From Macrostomum lignano (Eukaryota): a DNA stretch of 64,000 nucleotides. The notes under the pieces are model-generated. The model was given only the letters and a program-made list of their open reading frames with translations. It was not told where the DNA came from and made no database searches. The stretch's first letter is position 1, and each line of letters opens with the position of its first letter. The position numbers and the translations under genes were made by a program. The stretch spans positions 1 to 64,000 of the forward strand of contig NIVC01002803.1 of assembly GCA_002269645.1 (NCBI GenBank), in the 5' to 3' direction. Positions 35,981-56,465 of this stretch are shown piece after piece.

Positions 35981-36678
35981 CAAGGACGACTTAAGTAGAA
36001 GGACGGGAAACCTCGTTTCTTAGAAAAGTTTTGAAGGCACTTTTTCCCGAAAAAATACACTACGGAGATAGGAAGTTTTCATTTTTTCAGCACAAAAATT
36101 GTTATTGCGTTTGATAGGAGGCAGATCCAGTGTTCATCTCTTGATATGTTGTGCCTTTTCTATTTCTCTATCGATATTTATAAAGCTTTTCGTTTAGAAA
36201 ACTAGGATTCTATGTTAATTTTTGATTCTACGTATATTTCCTGTATCTAAAAATCACAAAAATGCATGACACAGCTCCAATATTTGGTTTTATGAACCTA
36301 TTTTATCATCTCTGTTACAAATATTTGTTACACAGTCGGGTAAGAATGACAAAATAGACTCATAAAACCAAAGAGCCGAGCCGTGGCATTCTAATGTATT
36401 TCAAGCACAAGACACGCGAAAATATACGAAGAATAAAAAATTAACATAGAATCCTTATTTCCTGAACAAAAAGCTTTATAAATATCGATAGAGCAATAAA
36501 AAAGGCACAACATATCAAAATATGAACACTGGATCTGCCTCCTATCAAACGCAATAACAATTTTTGTGCTGAAAAAATGAAAACTTCCTATCTCCGTAGT
36601 GTATTTTTTCGGGAAAAAGTGCCTTCAAAACTTTTCTAAGAAACGAGGTTTCCCGTCCTTCTACTTAAGTCGTCCTTG
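35981..36678. mobile_element. Mutator/MULE-like non-autonomous foldback element (698 bp)
   Basis: About 210-bp TIRs (CAAGGACGACTTAAGTAG...), extending imperfectly to about 260 bp; exact 9-bp TSD ATTAACAAC (35972-35980, 36679-36687). Confidence 0.88.
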
Positions 36679-36800
36679 ATTAACAACGTTTATTATTTTT
36701 TGTTTTCATAATTTGCTAATAAAATGTATCGAAGTAGTGAATTGTTTTACCGTAAATATATATCGGACCTATCCGATAGGAGGAATCGTTTTCGTTCATT

Positions 36801-37462
36801 GGGTGCGTTCGAGTGACTTAAAATGACTTAAACTGCCATTTTAACGTCCTTAGTAAAACAAATGTTAAGCAGACTAAATGTAAAAATAATCTAGGTAAAT
36901 GATAGTCAAATTACAATTAAGAATTAATTCAATTTCTAAAACCGGTCTAAGATTAAAAAACGTCGCCTATACTTCTTCCAACTCAACCTGAACGCCTAGG
37001 CACCGTTTTAACTTCGCTCGCAATTACCACATTTATCGTAATTGAATATTTTGTATTCTTCACCTTTGTTCTATCATTTGCTTTCACGTCTTTTTGCTCA
37101 GTTCGCTGCCCGTCATTATAGTCTTTGAATAATTGCTTAAATATTGTTTATTTATTGAACTGAGCAAAAAGACGTGAAAGCAAATGATAGAACAAAGGTG
37201 AAGAATACAAAATATTCAATTACGATTAAATGTGGTAATTGCGAGCGAAGTTAAAACGGTGCCTAGGCGTTCAGGTTGAGTTGGAAGAAGTATAGGCGAC
37301 GTTTTTTTAATCTTAGACCGGTTTTAGAAATTGAATTAATTCTTAATTGTAATTTGACTATCATTTACCTAGATTATTTTTACATTTAGTCTGCTTAACA
37401 TTTGTTTTACTAAGGACGTTAAAATGGCAGTTTAAGTCATTTTAAGTCACTCGAACACACCC
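36801..37462. mobile_element. PIF/Harbinger-like foldback MITE (662 bp)
   Basis: Near-perfect inverted arms 36801-37104 and 37157-37462, 52-nt loop; termini GGGTG(C/T)GTTCGA; ATT trinucleotide on both flanks. Confidence 0.8.
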
Positions 37463-37878
37463 ATTGTTCGTGGTTAAAAAACTGTTTCTTAGAAATGTTG
37501 TTGTGTAAAATCCCTTTTTTAGAGTATTCACGTCATTTTGATAGGCCTACTTAAATTTCTAAAATCTTCAACAGAACGGTGGTAATGTTTTCAGTAAGCT
37601 TTAATGCTATAAAAACTGCTGGAGTTAGTTTGTTATTAGTATTTCTAATAACTGCAGGAGTTGGCCTAAGCAGAATTAATTAGACCTATATCAGCAAGAC
37701 AATCAATTTCAATAGGACAATAATATATTCTGTACATGCCTTAGTAAGTAGTATCAATCATAGGTGCTACAAAATATTCCTAAGCTAATGAAAAAACAGT
37801 ACAGGAAAATCTTACAAGATACCTACCAAAATACCATATAGACAAATCATTTTTATTATGTCATGTGGGTCGTGGGTG

Positions 37879-39029
37879 GGCTATCCTGCAGAATTGTTTG
37901 TTAAATTCACTGTATGCACATTTTTTAACAATTGACACAAAACTTGCCAAAATGAATGCTTTCATTATGCCAATATTTTAGAAGTGTTTTGGCATTAAAA
38001 TTCCATTTGTAGGGGGTTGTAAATATAAATAAACTTTTATTGCAATTTCTGGGTTTTTCCAGATTTTTCTGAAATTTAATGGCTATTAACAATTATGCTA
38101 TTTTGAATTTGTGCACTGATGTCATTGGCAAAAATGTATCTATGGCCAAAATTAGTTACAAATTCTGGGGCTTTAATGAGAAAGGTGCTACTAAGCTGTA
38201 TTGCAAATAAAGTACTTTCTACTTAAAATGGCTGGTAGACAACCTTCTGCCCCAACATAGATTGTGCCATCTTAAGAGGTTCACCCAGCCTTTGAACTAA
38301 TAATTATGGACACTTCTAAACACTTCTAAAATGTTGGCATAATGAATCAGGTTGCGGATAGTATGCATATACGCTGGAACTTTTCCTGCATACAAAATAG
38401 CCACCCTAAGTCCTTGCCCTTGGTGCATATAATCGGCATACACAACCCCTGGCGAACTTTGTTGGCATACACTATTGGCGTACACAAGTAATATAGCCAC
38501 GCATACTTTTTTGGCATACAAATTTTGGTGAATAAATTCATGCCATGGATGAAAATTGTAATGTAAATTAACGTTTTTATGTAAAGTAACGGAAAATTTA
38601 TATTGTCAGTGATAAAATTTTTGCTTCTTTGAAATTAACAATGAATAAAATTAGTTTAAATTTTTGCTAAGAGTATTAATTTTGCATCATATTTTTTTAG
38701 GTATAATAAAAGTTTGTTTAAATTGAGAAGATTTGTAACATTTTAAAAACACTTTTCATACAAAAGCCTTTCTTAGAAAACACTACTCGTGAAAACCGTG
38801 TTACCTTTTTTAAGGAATTTTTGGCATACATTTTAGTGCAACATTTTGTTTTTAGCGTACATTGGCATACAAAGTCCTTGATGCCCAAATTTAGTCCAGC
38901 ATACATGGATACATGATCCACACACTGGATAATGAAAACATTCATCTTTAGAAAATTTATTTAAAAATAGCTAAACAATTAAAAAAATATGCATACAATT
39001 AATTTTACAAACAATTCTACAGGATAGCC
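37879..39029. mobile_element. Old TIR-bounded non-autonomous DNA transposon remnant
   Basis: About 55-bp imperfect TIR GGCTATCCTGCAGAATTGTTTG / CAAACAATTCTACAGGATAGCC; internal TTGGCATACA motifs; no clear TSD. Confidence 0.55.
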
Positions 39030-39537
39030 ATCATGTGAACTTTATTGAAAATCATTGAAAATAGCTTGAAAAAATTGAGCCAGCTTGGAAAAGGTCTAGA
39101 GCCTCTAGTGCTATCCAGTTAATTTGTCTACTACTAGTTTATCTGCAAAAAGGCTAAATTTACACCAACTATAAAACTTAGTATTGAGTTATTTAAAATG
39201 TGCTTTTTATAATTTAGGATACCTTCAAAAACAATAATCAATGTCATTATAAAAATATTGGTATAAGACTAAGATGGCCACAACATTGAATCTTTATTAT
39301 ATCTATTCTCTTTCTACCATTAATTAGCAACCTCATAGCTATTGGATTAATTATTATGTTATAATTGCAACAACCTATTTATTATATGCTACGCTCCTAG
39401 GCTATTTGCTTTATTTAGTAGATAAATATCTAGGCCTAGGTTAGGCTACAATAAAAGCTGGCTGCTGGCTGCTGCTGCTACTGGATAGCTAGTGCAGGCA
39501 GAACAATTGGCTGTTTAGGTTGTTCCTGCGGCTCTTC

Positions 39538-39744
39538 CTAGCAAAGGCTGCAGCTGAACTCAAAACTTTCTAGCTGCTGCAGATGGCGATACTGTTGGCG
39601 ACTAACACCACTTTGGCACATACGATGCTGCCACTTTTTGCATTGATCACACTGCAAACCTTCTTGCTGCGGGTGTACAGCCTTTTGGCACACAATGCAG
39701 TTGTCAATATTGTTGTTCATTCCATGCAAGTGACAGCAAAACAA
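39538..39744 (-). pseudogene. Isolated PHD-finger-coding fragment, probably transposon-derived
   Basis: CIVC-x12-CDQC-x4-H-x2-C...CSLC (C4HC3 spacing); flanking frames closed. Confidence 0.55.
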
Positions 39745-41752
39745 AAGAGAGTATGTGCAAGTAGATATATACTCCAGAAATCAGTGGCACCTGGCATATC
39801 CTATATACTAAAAATGGAAATCTTGTATGTGCGCAATCAATTATCTCCAACGGGGGGCATAGATTGCTAGTTTTTTCTAAATTGTGTTGGACACTGCATG
39901 TTCACACTGTTCATGTGCCAACTTGCGAGTCATGTACATCTATCTGCTAGCTAGTTCATGCTTAGATTGTAATGCACAACAACATTGCACAATGGCAATC
40001 AACACATGTTAAATATGCAATACAGCGTACACAATAACTTGTGCACAAAGGTAGTTCTCCGATGCCTTCAATCTGGCTATGGAACTTTTGTCAATAGGCA
40101 GTGGAAGATTTGGAATATTTATCAACTGCAGAAATGAGGGTTGGAACATTCGTCAACCAAGTCGACAAAAATTCCATAAACCCTTCCTATGCCCTTAATA
40201 TGCAGACAAACTTATTCAAATAGAGACAAAATAAATAGTTAAACAAAACTCTTGAAGTTTTGAAAGCCTATGCATATAGGAATTTATTCTAAAAAGGGCC
40301 TCTAAGAGACTGGTCAAAAAAGTATGAAATCATCAAATTAGTCCATAAAGTCATAAAGTTATAAGTTACATCATAGTTATTAATTTTACTATTTACCTTG
40401 GTTTATTACAGTATAGGTTAATTAGATTGGCTAGGTTGGCTAGTAATTGCAAATTTTTTGTTTTTAGGCATCTTTTCAAGTTTTCATTCATTGATATTTA
40501 TAGTATATCACTATCAATATAAATGCTAAATATCACAATTGTTATTGACATTATTGCAAAGTCTCTTAAAGTCTCTAACAGTAATGTCAGTAGAGCAAGT
40601 TATTATCAGAGCAAACTCTGTTTATTGCTAATGTTTCCAAAGCTAATGTCAGCAGAGCAATTCAGTGCCATTGTCATTTAGTCGTCTTTTAATATATATA
40701 TATATATATATTTAAATAGCATCAATAGAACATCAATATATGATTTATGAATTTAATGTTTTTAGTATTATTTAAATAAGGTGACTGTTACAAGTAAAAC
40801 AAAATTGCTAAGAATTTGTGTAGCAATGGTCTATGGAAGTGGTAGCTGGCAATGAGATTCCTTTCTAATGTTGGAGGTGAGATATGTTATTGATGGCCTC
40901 TTTTAGCAACTTGTAAAGTAGCAATTTGACAGCTATATTTGTTATATACCTGTGCAACATTGGTTGTTTCCATTTCTATTTGTTGCTTAATCTGTATATG
41001 CAGCTTGCTAAATTCTAATTGGCTAAGGGAGTGTTTGTCTGCCTTACCCCAAGGCCAAGCCTTTCCCGTTGGATTTTGAGTTTTTAAAGTAGGCATAAAA
41101 GGTGAAGAGTTTTGCACCTTCTGCCTCACTTTCGCCTCTCTTATGCCTATTTTGTGCCACTTGTGCACCTTTTGTTCACCTGAGTGCCTCTGCAGGGGTG
41201 GAAGGTGAATTTAAGGCACAAAATAGGCAGTAGGGGCACAGGTGTCATAGGTGAGTTAGGTGCATAAAAGGTGCACAGTGTGCGTTGAGGCACAAAAGGT
41301 GAACAAAGTAGGAATTGGGGGCATTGGTGGAGTGAAATGTGAATAAAAGGTGCGCTGTGGTGGAGGTGGATAAAAAGTGTACAGTGTGCACTGGAAGCTC
41401 GAAAGGTGAATAAAAGGTGCACAGTGGGCACTTTAGGCATAGAGGCAATGCAAGGGGCATTAAATTTTCAACTGGCAAAGTTATTTGCTTCCTTTTCTCA
41501 CTATTGGAAACTTTTTCTCACTAATGCAAACCTTTTCATCACTTTTCGGAGCTTTTCCTGAGTATTTGAAAGTCATTAAAACTTATCAGTATAAGAAATG
41601 TTTAGTTTCTTGGTTTGTTAGGATCAGGAAGGGGATAGCAGCGATTAGTATAGGTGTAAATAAAGCTTTTCTATGTTCAATCTGTGCATGCAATGTATGA
41701 GTATGTAACTCTCAGTTAATTTTTTGTTACGAATTCTTAATGCGTTAATTCG

Positions 41753-42316
41753 TGCATAGGCATGGAAGGTGAGCGAGGTGCACAGAAGAGGCACTTTAGG
41801 AGTCTATTTCGAGCATGTTTTGGAAATGCACCTGTATACATATTTACGCACATGTACACCTTATGCACCTCTAATTCACCTTTTGTGCCTGAAATGCACC
41901 TTAAATGCACCTCTAATTCACCTTTCATGCGCTTTCTGCGCCCCTTCAGCACCTCTTGTGCCCCTGATGTGCCTCACTTGTGAGCCTACTCTTCACCTTT
42001 TGCGCACCTCCAGTGCCCCTTATACACCTTTACTGCCCCTGATGTGCCTCACTTGTGAGCCTACTCTTCACCTTTTGCGCACCTCCAGTGCCCCTTATAC
42101 ACCTTTACTGCCCCCCTACCGCCGCAACCAATCAAAATTGAGAATTCACCTACTGCCTGACCACTTCACCAATTTTACACCTTTCATGCCTCTTTTCAAA
42201 AATATTGGTGACATTTAGGCATAAAAGGTGCACTCAGGTGCATTTCCAAAACACACACGAAATAGGCCACTAAAGTGCCTCTTTTGTGCACCTCGTTCAC
42301 CTTTTATGCCTCTGCA
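41753..42316. mobile_element. Diverged MITE-like element with about 80-bp TIRs and an internal tandem duplication
   Basis: TGCATAGGCATGGAAGGTGAGCGAGGTGCAC... inverted at 42236-42316; duplicated block at about 41960-42110; related motifs at 41090-41460. Confidence 0.6.
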
Positions 42317-43119
42317 GGTGCATAACTTTTCCAATAGGTTTTCTTTGATATTTTGATATCAAATATTTTTATTACTAGTGGAAACAGTTTGCTCTGATAA
42401 CAATGTGCTCTATTGACAATAGCAATAGAGACATTAGCTCTGTTAGCATTATTAGCACTTGGGAAATTTGTTCAAGTGACAGACCTTAGCTATTAAGACA
42501 GTGCTCATGACAGTTAGCATTTGTACTAGTGAAGCATATTATATATCCATATGCATATCCTAAAGTTCTAGTAGTGATTTAAGTGACCTTTGAATTACTA
42601 ATATGAATCAACTTTTTGCTGGCTTATTTTTTCCCAATATAAGAGAAACTTTAAAAGGATTCTAGCATAGCTGCAATGGTATTCTAATTTCTAATTGTTT
42701 CGAAACTAATATGGCTAGTATAAAGTTCACACAATTGACAAAATAAACATTAAATAATTTGACTAACTATTTTGTCAATTATGTACTAAAATCTGTTTAT
42801 AAGAGTCATACTAAATATATTTTTGAAGCAGCCAATCTAGGCATTTATTATGTATTATAGAAGACTTGGCCTTTAGTGATAGCTTAAAAAGCAATAAAAG
42901 CCTTAGTAAATTTCTATTTTATTTTTAGACACTGGCCTGGACTAGCACAAAATATTCTTATGGAACCAACTGTACAATTTGTGACTTAATAAATACTAAA
43001 TAATATAATTGTAGTTAGCATTTTCTTAATAATTTACCAACAATAGAAATGTATGAAAATTATAAGAAATTAACAATATTGGACCTTTTGATACTCTTCT
43101 ATTAGTAAACATATTATTA

Positions 43120-44115
43120 CGTGTCCCTGGGTGTCCAAAAAGTAGTGATACTTTTAACCGTAGCTCTCGTTCTGTAGCTTCCTGTGATTTAAAATTTTAT
43201 GAACTGATAGCGGAAAATCTCTTCTACAGACTGCTTTTTGAATTTTTAAAATTGATACTAGAGAACAAAAGTTATACCCACAAAAGTAACAGTACCTGTA
43301 CCATAGAGTTACACAAATTATATCGAAATTTATAATAGTTGACTTCTGCACTCATTCATTAAGAAGGCATCGATAAATGTCTTGTTTAAGCAATACCAAA
43401 CCCCAATTGCAAAATGATGCTCACTGTGACTGACTGAAATTTATCTATGGACGGGATCAGGCGCAGAAAAATAAAGCATTAAATGCATTACTTTACTTGC
43501 AAACAGAGGAGCTTGCATTTTGCGATTCGTTCATGATTTCATTGCCCATACTCAACAACACACATGAATGTGCACTCAGTTGTTGCTCAGCAAAGTACTA
43601 TCTTCACTCTTTGGGGCGCTGGCCATGGTGCCTCAGAAATTCACGCAAAACTTTGCTCTGCGCACGGATCCTCTGCGGTCAGCAAAATGACAGTTTATCG
43701 ATGGATGGAGCAGTTCAGCGAGGGAAGGACTGACTTGGCAGATCAGCATCGGATGGGGCGGCCATACGTTCATCGACCTGATGTACTGGCGGACTCCATT
43801 CTGAATCTTCTTGACGAGGACTCCGAATGACCATTAGAGAGATCGCTGACAGGTTGGACAAGCCGAAATCAACAATTCATTGAAGCTTACTCGGCATGGA
43901 TCTCGTGAAGCTCAGCCTATAATTTGTGTAACTCTATGGTACAGGTACTGTTACTTTTGTGGGTATAACTTTTGTTCTCTGGGATCAATTTTAAAAATTC
44001 AAAAAGCAGTCTGTAGAAGAGATTTGCCGCTATCAGTTCATAAAATTTTAAATCACAGGAAGCTATAGAACGAGAGCTACGGTTAAAAGTATCACTACTT
44101 TTTGGACACCCCTCG
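43120..44115 (+). mobile_element. Internally deleted mariner (Tc1/mariner) element with about 200-bp TIRs
   Basis: TA-flanked; right end reverse complement TACGAGGGGTGTCCAAAAAGT; TIRs about 43130-43322 and 43918-44115. Confidence 0.9.
43564..43899 (+). pseudogene. Mariner transposase N-terminal HTH DNA-binding region only
   Basis: GASEIHAKLCSAHGSSAVSKMTVYRWMEQFSEGRTDLADQHRMGRP, then after a frameshift MTIREIADRLDKPKSTIH; no DD34D domain. Confidence 0.85.
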
Positions 44116-44143
44116 TATTACTGTTTACTTTTAGTAATATTAA

Positions 44144-47068
<2,925 letters not shown>

Positions 47069-47389
47069 ATAGTGCGACGCTATCCGATGCGCTAATTACT
47101 CTATTTATTAGTAGAAATGCGAACATTTTGTCTGTATTATTTGCTTAAAAAATAAAATTGTGACAAAAATTCCCAGTTTTGCTACTTTTAGTAAAAATGT
47201 AAGCATTTTTGTTGGTATATTGTCTGAAGTGTTTAGTAACTCCAATGAGGCTGCGATTAATTAATTAATTGGTTTCAATTTCCGACTCCTAAATACAATT
47301 CAGAGACAGTGCTTTTCGAAATAGTCCATCTCTTTTTCAATTTTTGTTTCTTATAAAGAGTTTACCTAACAGTGAAACTATTTAGAAGC

Positions 47390-48670
47390 TCAACCGCCTC
47401 CCTCCCAGTCCCTTTTGATCAGCCGCCTTCCTCTCAATCCCTTTGATCACCCGCCTCCCTCCCAGTTAGTTCCTTTTATCAACCGCCTTCCTCCCAATCC
47501 CTTTGATGAGCCGCCTCCATCCCAGTTCGTTTTATCAACCGCCTTCCTCCCAGTCGCTTTGATAAGCCACCATCTCCCACAGTCCCTTTGATCAGCCGCC
47601 ATCTCTCACAGTCCCTTTGATCAGCCGCCATTTCCCACAGTCCCTTTGATCAGCCGCCATTTCCCACAGTCCCTTTGATCAGCCGCCTCCATCCCAGTTC
47701 GTTTTATCAATCGCCTTCCTCCCAGTCGCTTTGATAAGCCACCATCTCCCACAGTCCCTTTGATCAGCCGCCATTTCCCACAGTCCCTTTGATCAGCCGC
47801 CATCTCCCACAGTCCCTTTGATCAGCCGCCATCTCCCACAGTCCCTTTGATCAGCCGCCATCTCTCACAGTCCCTTTGATCAGCCGCCATTTCCCACAGT
47901 CCCTTTGATCAGCCGCCATCTCCCACAATCCCTCTGATTAGCCGCCATCTCCCACAATCCCTCTGATTAGCCGCCATCTCCCACAGTCCCTTTGATCAGC
48001 CGCCATCTCCCACAATCAATCTGATTAGCCGCCATCTCCCACAGTCCCTTTGATCAGCCGCCATCTCCCACAATCCCTCTGATTAGCCGCCATCTCCCAC
48101 AGTCCCTTTGATCAGCCGCCATCTCCCACAATCAATCTGATTAGCCGCCATCTCCCACAGTCCCTTTGATCAGCCGCCATCTCCCACAATCCCTCTGATT
48201 AGCCGCCATCTCCCACAGTCCCTTTGATCAGCCGCCATCTCCTACAATCAATCTGATTAGCCGCCATCTCCCACAGTCCCTTTGATCAGCCGCCATCTCC
48301 CACAATCCTCTGATTAGCCGCCATCTCCCACAATCCCTCTGATTAGCCGCCATCTCCCACAATCCCTCTGATTAGCCGCCATCTCCCACAATCCTCTGAT
48401 TAGCCGCCATCTCCCACAATCCCTCTGATTAGCCGCCATCTCCCACAATATCTCTGATTAGCCGCCATCTCCCACAATCCCTTTGATTAGCCGCCATCTC
48501 CCACAATCCCTCTGATTAGCCGCCATCTCCCACAATCCCTCTGATTAGCCGCCATCTCCCACAGTCCCTTTGATTAACCGCCATCTCCCACAATCCCTCT
48601 GATTAGCCGCCATCTCCCACAATCAATCTGATTAGCCGCCATCTCCCACAGTCCCTCTGATCAGCCGCCC
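47390..48670. repeat. 29-bp minisatellite filling the KRR1-PKC spacer
   Basis: Unit TGAT(C/T)AGCCGCCATCTCCCACA(G/A)TCCCT(T/C). Confidence 0.95.
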
Positions 48671-48705
48671 CCGATAATTAGCCGCTCTCTACCGCTCTGC
48701 TTCAG

Positions 48706-53062
<4,357 letters not shown>

Positions 53063-53609
53063 AGGGATTTGGAGAACGGGTCGAGTTCGCTAGTTAAAGG
53101 GTCCCTATAATCTGCTTCCCCTCACCCGCCTCCCCATCGCGGCGTGTGTCACTCTCGAGCTGTATCTCGAACACGGCTAAGGCAGCCAACTAATATAGCT
53201 GACTCTGTTTATTCTGCATTAGTTACTATATTGTTATTATTAATATTATCACGCTGATCTTTTTCTGACATTTTTAAACGATTCAACTTTTATTCGTCTC
53301 AGTCTGTTTGATAAATTATGATTTATTGCCTGATTCGAACAATAGCACTTTGTGGTGTCATATCATTATGTGTATGTGTAAGCTGTAGGGTTCGCTATTT
53401 ATAAAGCTCGCTTTAACTTGCTTCTGTCCTGTAGAGCCTCTGCTTGCGCTTTTGACGCTCGATTTTGTTCGAATTTCTGGCTAACGAGTTCTGTCCGCTC
53501 TTTCAATTTTTGCTGCTCCGCGAATGTTGCATGAATCAGATTTTACTTTTGGTAGCAATGTGATTGGCTCACGGAATCAGCAACCTTTGCCCTTTGTCCC
53601 AGAGTCACC

Positions 53610-53792
53610 AATCCCTCACTGCAATCTGATTGGCTGTCAGAATCCCTTACTGAAATCTGATTGGCTGTCAGAATCCCTCACTGCAATCTGATTGGCTGTC
53701 AGAATCCCTCACTGCAATCTGATTGGCTGTCAGAATCCCTTACTGGAATCTGATTGGCTGTCAGAATCCCTCACTGCAATCTGATTGGCTGT
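53610..53792. repeat. 31-bp repeat x6, each with an inverted CCAAT box
   Basis: Unit AATCCCTCACTGCAATCTGATTGGCTGTCAG. Confidence 0.9.
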
Positions 53793-54624
53793 TTATATTG
53801 ACACGGCTCCGAAGTGCTTACAGTAATGTTACGCCACTTAGCAAAATTGATCAAAGCAATGCTCTAATCGTTTGTAATAAAATATTTTACACCAGCTTTA
53901 TTTAGCGGACTCTTGTGCATCTCTGCTAGCACTATATGGTGGACTCTGCAATAGGCACGATTCTGTATTTATTTTTAGCTGGCGTAGTTCCGTGTGTTTC
54001 GAGTCTTTACTCTTTTTTAACCGACTGACTTTTTACAGCGCAGTTTCTGAACTGTCCTCTTTTTACTGCTTTTTTATTTGGAGATTGCCGCCTGTTTTCG
54101 CATTATTGTTGTTGTGCAATATAGATAGATAGATATATACGTTAGATGCTTATGTATATGCTTAGTGATTAGTTTTTTTATAATCACACTATTATAAACT
54201 ATGGCTTACGGTTTCCCAACTAGAGGAATTTCCCAAATTGATCTTTTTAATTGGAAGTGAAACATTTTCTGAGTATATAGAAAACAGACATTATAGTATA
54301 CTTATATCTACACGCATATGTTTTGCTATTTTTATACTTATAGGTTATTTTGCAAATCCTATAATTCTGTTGTTGGTCAGTAATTTCACTGGCTTTTTGA
54401 CAATGTTGATTCTGTGTAGCCTTAATCGCTTTCAATTGACCGCTTTTTATTTATTTTCATTACCAAATAGTTTTTATTGCTATTTATGCAGCATATACTA
54501 CTGATTGTGCATGCGAGACCGCTTGGCGCTTCTCTGACTGTTCTGCGTTGCGCGCTGGATCGCCCAACTGCAGCTGCAGGCAGATGGTTCCCATAGGCAC
54601 TTCTGCTCGCTTGACCCCATGACA

Positions 54625-54772
54625 TTGACCCATTGATCCTGACCCAATAATCTTGACCCATTTACTCTGACCCATTAATCTTGACCCATTTACTCTGACC
54701 CTTGGATCTTGACTCATTTACCTTGACCCATTGACCCTGAACCATTAATCTTGACCCACAGACCCTGACCCC
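54625..54772. repeat. Degenerate TTGACCCAT/CTGACCC short repeats
   Basis: Direct reading of the sequence. Confidence 0.6.
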
Positions 54773-55010
54773 TCAGTACTGACTATGAAATGTTAAAGCT
54801 CGCGAACAATAATGTATTTCGTCATATATTTTATGCTCACTCAAAAAATGTGCAATAAGAATTAGTTTAATTTAAACTAACTAATTTTACTAATGCAATA
54901 TTTTACATAAGCTAGCCCCCTAGTAAAAACCTGTTCTATTTTCACCCATTTTTAATTCTACATTATAGCTACCAATTAATTCTTACCGCAGTAGTTGATT
55001 TTATATTTAT

Positions 55011-55475
55011 CTAGATGGCCATGCCATTCATGCGGCGCTCGCTAATCTATCTATAGAAACTATAATAATTAGATAAACCACTTAGGAATATGCAGTTTCT
55101 CTACTTTCAGTTCAGTAGCCAGTAAGAATACATATGCTATTTTATGCAGAGAGGCAGCTGAAATTAATTTGATTAGGTTTAGAAAGAAAGCAAGCAGGCG
55201 TAAAACAGCTTGCTATAGGGTCAATTTAGCCGCAATGTACATTAGCCCACGTCACAGAAATGTACAATTGTACATGCCAGCTTTTTACGCTGGAGCTAGG
55301 GTGGCAATAAAAATTGGGCGGCGGGGCGAGGGGTGAGGGGTTTGGTGCGGGAAGACGCGCAGAGGGGTTCGGCTGAGAGGGTGGGGGTAAGACCGAAGAG
55401 CCAATCAATGAACCCCGGGTTGTCTTTTAAAATAGATTAAAAAACGCCTTATTTTAACATTATATACTGAATGAA
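55011..55475. repeat. Dispersed repeat copy 2 (homologous to 35272-35630)
   Basis: Same-orientation shared blocks as copy 1. Confidence 0.7.
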
Positions 55476-56063
55476 AGTAGTTTACACGCAAATGCGCTTA
55501 GTGACCCATCTTGGTTATTATAGTATCTGCGTCGCTGTCAGGCCTCTGGCTGCACAGTATTAGCTATATTATGATTGATTAATTTAATATGATCTGGGCC
55601 ACTCGAAAATCTTGATTTGACCAATATTGTTGTAGATGTATAAATATTTGTTTGTTGTTGCAGACATCATCGGTCTCGCAACCATTCTTTGTCACGAATG
55701 AATCGCCTCTTTGTCCTGTGTCTCCGCTTTCAATATGCAATTTTTAGCAAACAAATGAAAAGTTTTTATTGATTTTTGCTGTTCTACTTGTTCGCCATGG
55801 AATATTTGTTTGTGCTAGCCCGCCAACTGCCTGTTCTGAGATAGTGTATGCCTATAAATAAGTATATAAATATTTAGCAGGTGAAGAGCCTGAGTGAGCC
55901 TCTGCCTACTTTATATTAGAAATTGCTAATTAGTGCAATCTGCAGCATATTATTGACTAATCCTGCGTTTGGAATCTGCACCTCTGGACTTCTTTCATTT
56001 TATTGTTTTGGCTGTTTAAATTAGCAGCTTGATTTTTAACAAAAAATTGATAAAGCTTGTGAA

Positions 56064-56465
56064 TTGTGAAGCTGTGGGGATTGTGAAACTGTAGGGATTG
56101 TGATGCTGTGGGGATATTGTGAAGCTGTAGGGATTGTGAAGCTGTAGGGATTGTGAAGCTGTAGGGATTGTGAAGCTGTAGGGATTGTGAAGCTGTGAGG
56201 ATTGTGAAGCTGTAGGGATTGTGAAGCTGTGAGGATTGTTATGCTGTAGGGATTGTGAAGCTGTGAGGATTGTTATGCTGTAGGGATTGTGAAGCTGTGA
56301 GGATTGTTATGCTGTAGGGATTGTGAAGCTGTGAGGATTGTTATGCTGTAGGGATTGTGAAGCTGTGGGGATTGTGAAGCTAAGGATATCGTGAAGCTGG
56401 GAGGATTGTGAAGCTGTGGGGATTGTGAAGCTGTGGGGATATTGTGGAGCTGTGGATTGTGAATT
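56064..56465. repeat. 17-bp minisatellite
   Basis: Unit GGATTGTGAAGCTGT(A/G)G. Confidence 0.92.
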
